From Candidatus Levyibacteriota bacterium (lineage in GTDB: Bacteria > Patescibacteriota > Microgenomatia > Levybacterales > UBA12049), in assembly GCA_043823085.1 (NCBI GenBank), contig JBDRBE010000003.1, positions 19,822 to 83,821 on the forward strand: a stretch of DNA of 64,000 nt, in the 5' to 3' direction. Of the stretch, positions 45,519 to 54,675 are shown piece after piece. The translations under genes were made by a program, and so were the position numbers. Numbering within the stretch: position 1 is the stretch's first letter; each line of letters begins with the position of its first letter. The notes beneath the pieces are model-generated. The model ran no database searches and had not been told where the DNA came from. It saw nothing but the letters and a program-made list of their open reading frames with translations.

Positions 45519-45860
45519 CTATTCTTTTTTGCTTTCTAGTTTTTCGAGGAGTTGGGAGAGCTGGACGGTAATAATAACAGCAAGGGCGGTTATTAAAATT
45601 GCATAAATGAGAAGGGAAACGAGGCCGCTTCCCGGAATCCATTTCTTAATATAGTCGTTGACAAAGGCTTGAATGACATTGTTCCAGGCCAAAGCAGCCA
45701 CTAATCCAAAACCCGAAGTTGCAAGGGTTAACATCTGCCGTGTCACCTCAATATGTAATTTCTTATCTGCCATAAAAAGATTATACCACATTGACTTTTC
45801 TCGGGAAAAATGCGTTAATAGTTTAAGATTTAAGATTAAGGATTTAAGATTTAAGAACAT
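45519..45860 (-). CDS. small conserved-looking membrane protein (two TM helices)
   Basis: MADKKLHIEVTRQMLTLATSGFGLVAALAWNNVIQAFVNDYIKKW; the true start is probably an internal Met. Confidence 0.4.
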   Translation of the reverse strand: MFLNLKSLILNLKLLTHFSREKSMWYNLFMADKKLHIEVTRQMLTLATSGFGLVAALAWNNVIQAFVNDYIKKWIPGSGLVSLLIYAILITALAVIITVQLSQLLEKLESKKE

Positions 45861-45895
45861 TCATAAATCGTAAATCATAATTCATAAATCAAGAA

Positions 45896-46945
45896 ATGTT
45901 TACACCCAAGTTCGTAATTACCAACAAGATTCTCAAGAACATCGGTATTATTGAGGCTGCAAAAGAAGTAATCGCCAACGCCCCGCTTCTACCTTATTAT
46001 GAAAAGAAGTTTCGGGACGAAGCTATTGTTCGAACTGTTCATTACGGAACTCATATTGAGGGAAATGAATTGAATTTATCTCAGGCCGAAAAAGTTATGG
46101 CAGGTCTTGATGTTGTGGCGCGAGACCGCGATATTCAGGAAGTAATTAATTATAGAAAGGTTATTGATTATATCGGAAAAGTTACGCCGGATTTAAAAGC
46201 AAAAATAGGGGAGAACTTAATAAATCATTTGCATAAATTAACCGTCGAGAAACTTTTGCCAAAAGAAAATTGCGGAATTTTTCGAAAAAATCAGGTGGTT
46301 GTCAAAAATAGTCAAACAGGCGAGATTTCTTTTACTCCGCCAAAAGCAGATGAAATTAGCGGGCAAATTAATGAATTATTGGCGTATATAAATAGCTTGC
46401 AAAGTCAAGAGATACATCCTATTTTGAAAAGCGGAATTGTTCATTACGAATTGGTTAGAATTCATCCATTTATTGACGGAAACGGCCGGGTTGCACGAGC
46501 TCTTTCCACTCTAATTTTATTTTTAGAAGGTTATGATATTAGAAAATTCTTTTCATTAGAAGAATATTTTGATGTTAACGCAGAGATTTATTATCGGGCA
46601 CTGCAATCGGTTTCAAAAAATGGCGATTTGACTTTTTGGCTTGAGTATTTTACTCAAGGACTTGCAATTGAACTCTCGAAAATAAAAGAGAAAGTGGAAA
46701 AAATTTCAATAGATGCAAAATTAAAAGAAAAACTCGGCGGACAGCCTTTGATGCTAACAGATCGTCAGCTCAAGATAATCGAATACATTCAAGAAACAGG
46801 ATATTTACAAAATCAAGCTTTTGAAAGTCTTTTCCCCATGGTTTCGGAGGACACGATTTTAAATGAATTAAAAGGACTTCTGAAAAATGGAATTATCAAA
46901 AAGAAGGGTGTAACCAAAGGCGCAAAATACATTATGGGAGCCTAA
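45896..46945 (+). CDS. Fic family protein (putative AMPylase) with a C-terminal wHTH-like domain
   Basis: Canonical Fic motif HPFIDGNGRVARAL. Confidence 0.85.
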   Translation: MFTPKFVITNKILKNIGIIEAAKEVIANAPLLPYYEKKFRDEAIVRTVHYGTHIEGNELNLSQAEKVMAGLDVVARDRDIQEVINYRKVIDYIGKVTPDLKAKIGENLINHLHKLTVEKLLPKENCGIFRKNQVVVKNSQTGEISFTPPKADEISGQINELLAYINSLQSQEIHPILKSGIVHYELVRIHPFIDGNGRVARALSTLILFLEGYDIRKFFSLEEYFDVNAEIYYRALQSVSKNGDLTFWLEYFTQGLAIELSKIKEKVEKISIDAKLKEKLGGQPLMLTDRQLKIIEYIQETGYLQNQAFESLFPMVSEDTILNELKGLLKNGIIKKKGVTKGAKYIMGA

Positions 46946-46964
46946 TTTAGAGTATAATAATTAT

Positions 46965-48710
46965 ATGCTTTTTGCAGTACTCTCCAAATATTTTGAAAAA
47001 TTAGAATCTACTTCGTCGCGACTTGCTTTGATTGATATTCTCTCGGAGCTTTTTAAAGAATCAGAGAAAGACGAAATTGAAGAAATTGTTTATTTAACTC
47101 AAGGAAGGGTTGCTCCATTTTTTGAAGCGACGGAAATTGGCATGGCCGAAAAAACCGTTGCCGATTCAATTGCAAGAGCGTATGGATTATCGAAAGCAGA
47201 GGTTTTAAAGTCGTATCAAAAATTAGGAGATATGGGGAGCGTCGCTACGATCTTAAGTTCAAAAATCACCCGTTCGGCAAGCTCAGTGCAAAAATCAAAA
47301 ATATCTGTTTCCCAAGTTTTTGATGTTTTGACGCAAATTGCCAAGACCTCGGGAGAGGGAACGGTAGAAAAGAGACTTGTTCTTTTATCAGAGCTTCTTA
47401 AAAAACTTGATCCTGTTTCGGTTAAACATTTAGCGCGTATTCCTTTGGGAAATATGCGGCTTGGGATTGGTGACCCGACGATTTTGGACGCGCTTGCCAA
47501 AGCAAAGCTTGGCGATAAAAGCAAAAGAAAACTTTTAGAAGGGGCTTACAACAGAACTTCGGATCTTGGATTAATTGCCAAAACTCTTTGGAGCGACGGG
47601 CTTTCAAGCGTTGAAAAACTAAAAGTTGCGGTTGGAAAACCAATTCGGGCCGAGCTTGCCGAAAGATTGCCAAGTCCCGAAAAAGTAATTGAGAAAATGA
47701 AAACAGTCGACGTACAGTATAAATACGATGGTTTTCGCGTTCAAATTCACAAAAATAAAAACGAGGTTTCGATGTATTCAAGAAATCTTGAGAATATGAC
47801 TCATATGTTTCCCGAACTTATAAAAGGAGCGAAAGAACAGGTTAAACCCCAAACAGTTATTTTGGATTGCGAGGCGCTGGCTTACAATCCCCTTTCGGAA
47901 GAATTTTTGCCGTTTCAGGAAACAACCAAACGAAGAAGAAAACACGGTATTGAGGAGATGGCAAAAAAACTGCCTCTTAAAGCTTTTGTTTTTGACATCC
48001 TTTATAAGGATGGAAAGTCCTTGATTGACGAGCCGTTGACTAGTCGACTGAAAATTCTCAAAGAGACTATCAGGGATAATGGGGTTTTAATTGTCACCAA
48101 AAATCAAACTGTCTCCGATGCAAAAACTTTAACTTTACTTTTGGAAGACGCAATTTCCAAAGGTCTGGAGGGAGTGGTTGTTAAAAGATTGGACAGTAAA
48201 TATGAGGCGGGGGCAAGAAATTTTAATTGGGTAAAACTCAAAAGAAATTCCTCCGGCGAACTTAACGACACAATTGATTGTGTGATTTTGGGTTACATCA
48301 GCGGAAAAGGTAAAAGAACCGCTTTTGGAGCAGGGGCTTTGCTTGTTGGAATTTATGACGACAAAAAAGATGAGTTTGTAACTGTTTCCAAAATCGGAAC
48401 AGGACTTACAGATGAAGAATGGAAAGAAATAAAAATTCAAGGTGCAAAATTCAAAGTGCAAGATAAACCGCCGAGAGTAAATTCATTAATAACACCAAGT
48501 GTTTGGGTAGCGCCAAAAATTGTCATTGAAGTTTTGGCAGATGAAATAACTCGTAGTCCTGTTCATACCGCAGGGAAAAGCGCTGATGAACCCGGTTACG
48601 CTCTTCGATTTCCCCGTCTTGTTTCATTTCGAGGAAAAGATAAGCGGGCAGAAGACGCCACGACGGTTAAAGAATTAATTCAGATGTACAAACAACAAGG
48701 GAAAAAATAA
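46965..48710 (+). CDS. ATP-dependent DNA ligase (archaeal/eukaryotic-type)
   Basis: Adenylation motif I KYDGFRVQIH, motifs III-V and the OB domain (EGVVVKRLDSKYEAG...). A family C repeat lies in-frame at 47258-47306. Confidence 0.85.
   Translation: MLFAVLSKYFEKLESTSSRLALIDILSELFKESEKDEIEEIVYLTQGRVAPFFEATEIGMAEKTVADSIARAYGLSKAEVLKSYQKLGDMGSVATILSSKITRSASSVQKSKISVSQVFDVLTQIAKTSGEGTVEKRLVLLSELLKKLDPVSVKHLARIPLGNMRLGIGDPTILDALAKAKLGDKSKRKLLEGAYNRTSDLGLIAKTLWSDGLSSVEKLKVAVGKPIRAELAERLPSPEKVIEKMKTVDVQYKYDGFRVQIHKNKNEVSMYSRNLENMTHMFPELIKGAKEQVKPQTVILDCEALAYNPLSEEFLPFQETTKRRRKHGIEEMAKKLPLKAFVFDILYKDGKSLIDEPLTSRLKILKETIRDNGVLIVTKNQTVSDAKTLTLLLEDAISKGLEGVVVKRLDSKYEAGARNFNWVKLKRNSSGELNDTIDCVILGYISGKGKRTAFGAGALLVGIYDDKKDEFVTVSKIGTGLTDEEWKEIKIQGAKFKVQDKPPRVNSLITPSVWVAPKIVIEVLADEITRSPVHTAGKSADEPGYALRFPRLVSFRGKDKRAEDATTVKELIQMYKQQGKK
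47258..47306. repeat. family C copy 3 (ttcaaaaatcacccgttcggcaagctcagtgcaaaaatcaaaaatatc), in-frame in the ligase gene
   Basis: The same core as the pgk copies but read in a third frame (TRSASSVQKS). Confidence 0.7.
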
Positions 48711-48729
48711 TATAAAAATTATAACGTTT

Positions 48730-48777
48730 ATGCAGTTTGTTGCAGATCTTCACGTTCACTCTAAATATTCCCGCGCC
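48730..48777 (+). other. synonymously recoded duplicate of codons 1-16 of the downstream EndoQ-like gene
   Basis: atgcagtttgttgcagatcttcacgttcactctaaatattcccgcgcc gives MQFVADLHVHSKYSRA, versus the gene start MQLVADLHVHSKYSRA at 48876. There are 15 nucleotide differences, 14 of them synonymous, including TCT versus AGT for Ser. Confidence 0.6.
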
Positions 48778-48875
48778 CCAGATAACCTTAGCATGCGCCT
48801 TTTCAATACTATATCGTATACGGCTTATGCTGCGGTTTTAACGGGGCAGCTTTTTAATAGTGCTAAAATAGTCAT

Positions 48876-50267
48876 ATGCAACTAGTGGCAGATTTACATG
48901 TACATAGTAAATACTCACGCGCGGTATCACCGGACATGGTTTTGCCAATCATGGCAAAATGGGCAGTTAAAAAAGGAATTGATATTTTGGCAACTGCCGA
49001 CTGGACACATCCTCTTTGGTTTAGGGAAATAAAAGCTAACCTAGAAGAATCCAGTATTGGACTCTTCAAGCTCAAATCTTCCTCCTACTCTAAAGCTTCG
49101 GAGGACAAGCAAAACAAAACTCATTTTATTCTCTCCACTGAAATTTCGAGCATTTACTCGCAGGGTGGGCAAGTGCGGAGAGTTCATAATTTAATTTTAT
49201 CGCCGGGCTTTGAAACTTGCGAAAAAATCAATCAGGAATTGGTTAAACGCGGGTGTAATCTTTCCTCCGACGGACGGCCGATTGTTGGAATTTCTTCAAA
49301 AAATCTTTTGGAAATGGTTTTATCAATTGACAAAAACGCCTTATTTATTCCTTGCCATGTTTGGACGCCGTGGTTTTCTTTGTATGGTTCAAAATCAGGC
49401 TTTGATTCTATAGAAGAATGTTTTGGTGAGTATGTAAATAAAATTTATGCCGTTGAGACAGGACTTTCAAGCGACCCCCAAATGAACTGGCGGATAAAAG
49501 AATTGGAAAACCGTTCAATTGTTTCCTCGTCTGATTCCCATTCGCCGGCAAAGATGGGGAGGGAAGCGACCATATTCACAGTTCAAAATTCAAAATTCAA
49601 AAATCAAAATGACAGTTCAAAATTCAAAATTACATATGATGATTTAGTAGCTGCTATAAAAAGAGATCCCGAAGGTAATTTAAAGATTGGTTATACTATT
49701 GAGTTCTATCCGGAGGAGGGGAAATACCATTATACGGGGCATAGAAATTGTAAAGTTGTACAGAGTCCGGAGGAAACAAATAAGAATGGAGAGATTTGTC
49801 CGGTTTGCAAAAAACCCCTGACAGTGGGAGTGATGCACCGTGTTGAACAACTTGCTCAACAACAATCAATAAACAACTATCGACAATCAACAGATAAATT
49901 TGGAGTTACTTGGGTTGAAGATTCCAGAGGTATTCATCCGCCGTTTGTAAAATTGGTGCCTTTAAATGAAATAATTGCCGAGAGTTTAGCATCGACCGTG
50001 TCTAGCGTCAAAGTAAAAAGCGTTTTTGATCAAATGTGTGGTGAATTCGGTTCGGAAATAAAAATTCTTTTGACAACTCCAATTCAAGATTTGGAAAAAG
50101 CCCAAGGGCCAAAAATTGCCGAGGGAGTTGCCAAAGTCAGGAAGAGTGATATTGTGATTGAACCCGGATTTGATGGAGAATATGGGAAGGTAAAGATATG
50201 GGGAGAAAAAAAGTCAGCAGAGAATAGAAATGGGGAGAAAGAAGAGGCGCAGTTGGGATTATTTTAA
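48876..50267 (+). CDS. PHP-domain nuclease, endonuclease Q-like (TIGR00375 family)
   Basis: N-terminal DLHVHSKYSRAVS PHP motif, further His/Asp metal ligands (PCHVWTPWFS, SSDSHSP), an internal CxxC zinc finger (ICPVCKKPLTVGVMHRVEQLA) and C-terminal PGFDGEYGKVKI. The architecture matches archaeal EndoQ. An in-frame AT-rich tandem repeat lies at 49580-49632. Confidence 0.55.
   Translation: MQLVADLHVHSKYSRAVSPDMVLPIMAKWAVKKGIDILATADWTHPLWFREIKANLEESSIGLFKLKSSSYSKASEDKQNKTHFILSTEISSIYSQGGQVRRVHNLILSPGFETCEKINQELVKRGCNLSSDGRPIVGISSKNLLEMVLSIDKNALFIPCHVWTPWFSLYGSKSGFDSIEECFGEYVNKIYAVETGLSSDPQMNWRIKELENRSIVSSSDSHSPAKMGREATIFTVQNSKFKNQNDSSKFKITYDDLVAAIKRDPEGNLKIGYTIEFYPEEGKYHYTGHRNCKVVQSPEETNKNGEICPVCKKPLTVGVMHRVEQLAQQQSINNYRQSTDKFGVTWVEDSRGIHPPFVKLVPLNEIIAESLASTVSSVKVKSVFDQMCGEFGSEIKILLTTPIQDLEKAQGPKIAEGVAKVRKSDIVIEPGFDGEYGKVKIWGEKKSAENRNGEKEEAQLGLF
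49580..49632. repeat. AT-rich tandem repeat (TTCAAAA) in-frame in the EndoQ-like gene
   Basis: cagttcaaaattcaaaattcaaaaatcaaaatgacagttcaaaattcaaaatt. Confidence 0.85.
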
Positions 50268-50284
50268 AAATTGTTTCTTTGGCG

Positions 50285-50409
50285 CTTAGGTCGGACATGC
50301 AAATTTTTTTGTTCCGCAGTTTCTCTCGCGATGGGTCTTAATTTGCTCATCAACGCAGCGTCGCTCGCAAAGATGCGAACAGAAAAAATTTGATATCCTC
50401 CCCGCGCCA
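50285..50409. repeat. ~125-bp RPE-like element, family B copy 2 (intergenic)
   Basis: taggtcggacatgcaaatttttttgttccgcag...gatgcgaacagaaaaaatttgatatcctccccgcgcca. It is homologous to 39998-40121. Confidence 0.8.
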
Positions 50410-50423
50410 CAATAAAAAATTTT

Positions 50424-51053
50424 ATGATGTTTAAGAATAGAGAACAGGTTGGGGGGCTTTTGGCTCAAAAATTAAAATCTTTTGAAGGTAAAAAAGATGT
50501 TTTAGTTTTGGGGATTCCAAGGGGCGGAGTAGTAGTTGCAAAAATTATTGCCCAAAGATTAAAACTCATTCTTGATATAATTGCCGTTAAAAAAATCGGT
50601 GCGCCCAGCAATCCGGAATTGGCAATTGGCGCTTTGGGCCCCAAAAGTATGGTTTATTTGGAAGAAAATTTAATATCTCATTTGGGAGTTAGCATATCAG
50701 AAATCAAAAGTTTGAAAGCGCAAAAAGAAAAAGAACGAAAGGAACTTGAAGAAAGATTAAGAGGCGAAAAATATGCCATTGATGTTAAAGGGAAAACAAT
50801 TATTTTAGTTGATGACGGAGTGGCAACCGGCGCAACAGTAAAATGCGCAAGCATTTTTCTTAAAAAAGAAAAAGCGAAAAAGATAATTTTGGCCGTTCCG
50901 GTAATTTCAGAAGAAACTTTTGATGAGATTAAAACCTATTTTGATCAAGTGATTGCTTTATCTATCGAAGAAAATTTTTACGCCGTAGGCCAATTTTATT
51001 CTGACTTTCCGCAGGTTGGCGACAACGAAGTTAGAAATATTTTGAAAAAATGA
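50424..51053 (+). CDS. phosphoribosyltransferase family protein
   Basis: PRPP-binding motif IILVDDGVATGATV. Confidence 0.75.
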   Translation: MMFKNREQVGGLLAQKLKSFEGKKDVLVLGIPRGGVVVAKIIAQRLKLILDIIAVKKIGAPSNPELAIGALGPKSMVYLEENLISHLGVSISEIKSLKAQKEKERKELEERLRGEKYAIDVKGKTIILVDDGVATGATVKCASIFLKKEKAKKIILAVPVISEETFDEIKTYFDQVIALSIEENFYAVGQFYSDFPQVGDNEVRNILKK

Positions 51054-51127
51054 ATAAGTGGACTTGGAATTGGATTTGGAAATTGTCGCTTGACAAGACG
51101 ATTATAACTATGACATAAAATAAGCCT

Positions 51128-51775
51128 ATGGTAGAGGGACTAGAAAAATTGGCACAAGAACTTAAAGAAAATCTTTTTTCTCCAGAAGCGGTTACTAATT
51201 TTTGGCAAGCAAAATTGCAAGCAGATGGCAAAAGAATAGGACTGAATATTTCTGTGCCAAAATGCGATTGGACAGAAGATGAGATAAGAAAACCAATGGT
51301 AGACAATAAAGGTAGAGAAGTTCCTTCAATGATGGTTTATCTTCCACAAGAGCTTACAGGACAGGAAGGATTAAAAAAATTAGGACAAATGTATCCAGAT
51401 ACGAATAGCTGGATTTTTCAAGAAGGCGTTGCTCATGGTGCAAGCAAAAAATACGGATGGATTAAGGTAGAAGCGGCTATTAATGCTCCAAACCTTAATA
51501 CTACCGAAAGTGATCTTGAAGAACATGCCAAAAAGAAAGGATATTCAATGCAAAGATTAAATGTATATATTCTTGCTTCTCAAGCAAGTAAGGATTTAAC
51601 TGGACACTACCTGGATGAACAATTGACATATTCTCGGCTTGGTTTCCGTCATGGGAGTGATGCTGTTTACTTTAGCTTTAATCAGAGTGGGTCCTTGCTT
51701 ATCCATTGGCCCCTGGGTTCGAAAGCGTATGGTCCGGAAATGGGTGGTCGTTTTGAAGAAGTGAAGAAAGCTTGA
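51128..51775 (+). CDS. hypothetical protein
   Basis: 215-aa ORF, no recognised motif. Confidence 0.45.
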   Translation: MVEGLEKLAQELKENLFSPEAVTNFWQAKLQADGKRIGLNISVPKCDWTEDEIRKPMVDNKGREVPSMMVYLPQELTGQEGLKKLGQMYPDTNSWIFQEGVAHGASKKYGWIKVEAAINAPNLNTTESDLEEHAKKKGYSMQRLNVYILASQASKDLTGHYLDEQLTYSRLGFRHGSDAVYFSFNQSGSLLIHWPLGSKAYGPEMGGRFEEVKKA

Positions 51776-51984
51776 ACCTTTGACTCTTTGTCCTTTTAGC
51801 CCCTTTGATTTTTGTTTTTTTATAGTCCTCGTCCAAAAAATTTTATGCTACAATACTTTTGAGAGTAGGTTAATACATTCTTAAGCTAAGATTTCAGAAT
51901 TGCTAAAATCCTTATCTTTAGGGAAGTCATTTCGGAATACGGAATATATAAAATAATAATCAAGAAAAGAAAGAAAAGTAAATT

Positions 51985-52602
51985 ATGAAATTAATAGTAG
52001 GGCTTGGAAATCCGGGGGAGAAGTATGAGAAAACCCGCCATAATTTGGGTTTTATGGTTTTGGAAAAATTCTTGCAGGATTTTGAATCGGCGAAGATGAC
52101 AGTTTGGAAGAACGAACCAAAATTCAAATGTGAAACAGCACTTATTGAATGGCAGCCAAAAATTGGTCAATTGGAAAAAGTGGTTTTGGCAAAACCAAAA
52201 ACCTATATGAATAATTCCGGACTTGCCATTAAACTTCTCACTTCTTACTTCTCACTTTTCACTTCCGATGTTTGGGTTATTCATGATGATATTGATTTAC
52301 CGCTCGGTTCATTAAAGATTAGATTTGGCGGCTCATCGGCCGGACACAAAGGAGTTCAATCAATTATTGACAATCTTGGAACAGATAAGTTTTGGCGTTT
52401 TAGAATGGGGATAGGAGAACAATATCAAAAATCAAATATCAAAGATCAAAAGATTAGAAATGTCGATGAATATGTTTTGAATACATTCAAAGGACAGGAG
52501 AGGGGAAAAGTTAAGGATTTAATAAAAAAAGGTTCAAAAGCGATTCAAACAGGACTTGAAGACAGTTTAGAAGCGGCAATGAATAGGTTTAACACTAAGT
52601 AA
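51985..52602 (+). CDS. pth: peptidyl-tRNA hydrolase
   Basis: MKLIVGLGNPGEKYEKTRHNLGF and HDDIDLPLGSLKIRFGGSSAGHKG (Pth signatures). It has a short in-frame TCACTTC repeat insertion. Confidence 0.9.
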   Translation: MKLIVGLGNPGEKYEKTRHNLGFMVLEKFLQDFESAKMTVWKNEPKFKCETALIEWQPKIGQLEKVVLAKPKTYMNNSGLAIKLLTSYFSLFTSDVWVIHDDIDLPLGSLKIRFGGSSAGHKGVQSIIDNLGTDKFWRFRMGIGEQYQKSNIKDQKIRNVDEYVLNTFKGQERGKVKDLIKKGSKAIQTGLEDSLEAAMNRFNTK

Positions 52603-52604
52603 AC

Positions 52605-52740
52605 GGAATTCTTGAAGTGAGAAGTAAGATATCTTTGAATTTGATTTCTTGATATCTTGATATTTTGAATTCTAGATATCAAGACGTCAAAGATTCAAGT
52701 TCAAGAATATCAGAGGTATCTCACATCAAAAAGTTCTAAT
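52605..52740. repeat. MITE-like element, family A copy 2
   Basis: It starts gaattcttgaagtgagaagtaagatatc and ends gaggtatctcacatcaaaaagttctaat. The termini TTGAAGTGAGA...GATATC and GATATCTCAC..TCAA are reverse complements. Confidence 0.7.
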
Positions 52741-52741
52741 T

Positions 52742-53029
52742 ATGAATTCAGTTGGACAGATCCTCAAAAAATTCGATCCGATTAAGGATAAGTATATTTC
52801 GCGAGAATTCCAGTCTTTTGGTATTTATTTGGCCGAAGAACTGGGGGATTATAAGCACAGAAGCTTGTATATAAAGCTTGCAAAAACCGTTCACCGCTCA
52901 ATTTTGGAAAAAGCACTTTTTTATGTTTCCGACAGTAACGCACGAAATAAAGTTGCCCTTTTTATGTGGAAGCTGAACGAGCTTCGCAAGCGAGCGAAAG
53001 CTGACACACAAGAGGAGCACAGGCGTTAG
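52742..53029 (+). CDS. small hypothetical protein
   Basis: 95-aa basic ORF. Confidence 0.35.
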   Translation: MNSVGQILKKFDPIKDKYISREFQSFGIYLAEELGDYKHRSLYIKLAKTVHRSILEKALFYVSDSNARNKVALFMWKLNELRKRAKADTQEEHRR

Positions 53030-53079
53030 CCGAGAACTCTTATGTGGAAGCTGGTTCAGCTTAAGAAAGAGGCAAAGAA

Positions 53080-53601
53080 ATGAAAAAAACATATCTTTTA
53101 ATATTTGTTGCATCACTGGTTTTAGTTGCTTTGGCGTTCTTTTTCCAAGATAAATTATCACATTTTAGAACTCTTGGACTTTTAGGAATTTTTTTAATTA
53201 ATTTTTTTGGGAGCGCAACTATATTTCTTCCTGCTCCTGCAATTGTTTCGGTTGTAGCAGGCGGAATGATTTACCCGCCTATTTTAGTTGCTTTAATTTC
53301 GGCTTTGGGTGGGGCTTTTGGCGATGGTCTGGGATTTTTGCTCGGTCATTCAAGCAAAGAGGTTTTCAAGCTTAAAAAACATAAATTTTTATATCCTACT
53401 TTGGAAGATTTATTTAAAAAATACGGGGCTATTATTATTGTTGTTTTTGCTTTTATTCCAAATCCTCTTTTTGACGCAATAGGAATTTTGGCCGGAATTT
53501 TTTCTTTTTCTCCGGGGAGATTTTTCACTTTTCTCTTTTTGGGAAGATTACTTCGTAATATAATTCTTGTCCAATTTTCATCAGTCATTGCGGGATATTA
53601 A
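53080..53601 (+). CDS. DedA/YqaA (VTT-domain) family membrane protein
   Basis: Multi-TM protein with IFLPAPAIVSVVAGG...GGAFGDGLGFLLG, typical of the YqaA/DedA family. Confidence 0.55.
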   Translation: MKKTYLLIFVASLVLVALAFFFQDKLSHFRTLGLLGIFLINFFGSATIFLPAPAIVSVVAGGMIYPPILVALISALGGAFGDGLGFLLGHSSKEVFKLKKHKFLYPTLEDLFKKYGAIIIVVFAFIPNPLFDAIGILAGIFSFSPGRFFTFLFLGRLLRNIILVQFSSVIAGY

Positions 53602-53604
53602 AAT

Positions 53605-53898
53605 ATGAAGAGAGCGAGGATTTTGATTTCTGGTTTTGTGCAGGGAGTCGGATATCGCCATTTTGTTAGGAAAAACGCCCTTGAACTTGGTTTAACCGGC
53701 TGGATTAGGAATTTGCCTGGGACTGGAGTTGAAGCAGTCTTTGAGTCTTTGGCAAGCTCAGACCAAGTGGCAAAAGAAAAGATAGAAGATATGATTTCCC
53801 TCTGCAGAAAAGGTCCATTTATGTCGGAAGTGAAAAATATGGAAGTCAAGTGGGAGGAAGGAACAGACGAATTCAATGATTTTGAGATTGTGATGTGA
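53605..53898 (+). CDS. acyP: acylphosphatase
   Basis: ISGFVQGVGYRHFV ... GWIRNLPGTGVEAVFE (acylphosphatase signatures). Confidence 0.8.
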   Translation: MKRARILISGFVQGVGYRHFVRKNALELGLTGWIRNLPGTGVEAVFESLASSDQVAKEKIEDMISLCRKGPFMSEVKNMEVKWEEGTDEFNDFEIVM

Positions 53899-54062
53899 TA
53901 CAATAGCCTTAATTTTCAATTTTAAATTTTCAATTTTTAATAAACAAAGTTTGAAAGCTCGCTTGAAATACTTTGTTTTCAAGCTTTGCTTATTAAATCT
54001 AAATGTTTTAATTTTATCATTGGAAATTGATTAGAGATTAGAAATTAAGAATTAGAAATTAT

Positions 54063-54650
54063 ATGTTGTATTACATTCTTTTATTCACATTCCTTGCCTC
54101 GATAATCTCTCTTCTTTTGGTGGCAATTTTATTGCTTCATAAAACCTTTATCCATAAAATCTCTTTTTTTCTGGTTTCTTTTGCCGCATTCTTTCTAATC
54201 GAAAGAATGTTTTTATCGCTTCATCATCACGAAGAACATGGTGAAAGTTTAAGACTGCCGACTCCGCTTCTTTTTTTTGGCGATGCCATGCATAATTTTA
54301 TCGACGGAATGTCTATTGCAGCTGCTTTTTTAGTTTCTTTTCCGCTTGGTTTTGTGACGAGCCTAGCTGTTTTTGTTCACGAGATTCCGCATGAATTGGG
54401 CGATTTTGGTATTTTAATTCGCAAAGGTTTTGGCAGAAAAAAAGTTTTGGAGTTTAATATTTTGACTGCGGCTTTTGCTTTTTATCTTGGAAGTCAATTT
54501 AAAAATATTATTCCTTTTCTTTTGGCAGTAACTAGCGGAAATTTTGTTTATCTTGCAGCTACTGATCTTTTGCCCGAAATTCATCAAAAAATGGATAAGA
54601 AAGAAGCGGCTTTTCATACTGCTTTTTTCTCTCCGGTATTCTTCTTGTGA
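54063..54650 (+). CDS. ZIP family metal (zinc/iron) permease
   Basis: HHHEEHG loop and the signature HEIPHELGDF in a TM helix. Confidence 0.75.
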   Translation: MLYYILLFTFLASIISLLLVAILLLHKTFIHKISFFLVSFAAFFLIERMFLSLHHHEEHGESLRLPTPLLFFGDAMHNFIDGMSIAAAFLVSFPLGFVTSLAVFVHEIPHELGDFGILIRKGFGRKKVLEFNILTAAFAFYLGSQFKNIIPFLLAVTSGNFVYLAATDLLPEIHQKMDKKEAAFHTAFFSPVFFL

Positions 54651-54675
54651 CGTTTTTAACAAGAGTTCTTGCGGA

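Noticed and set aside
50286-50468. 60-aa minus-strand ORF
   Set aside because: It lies entirely within the family B repeat element and overlaps the PRTase start, so it is an artefact of the repeat.
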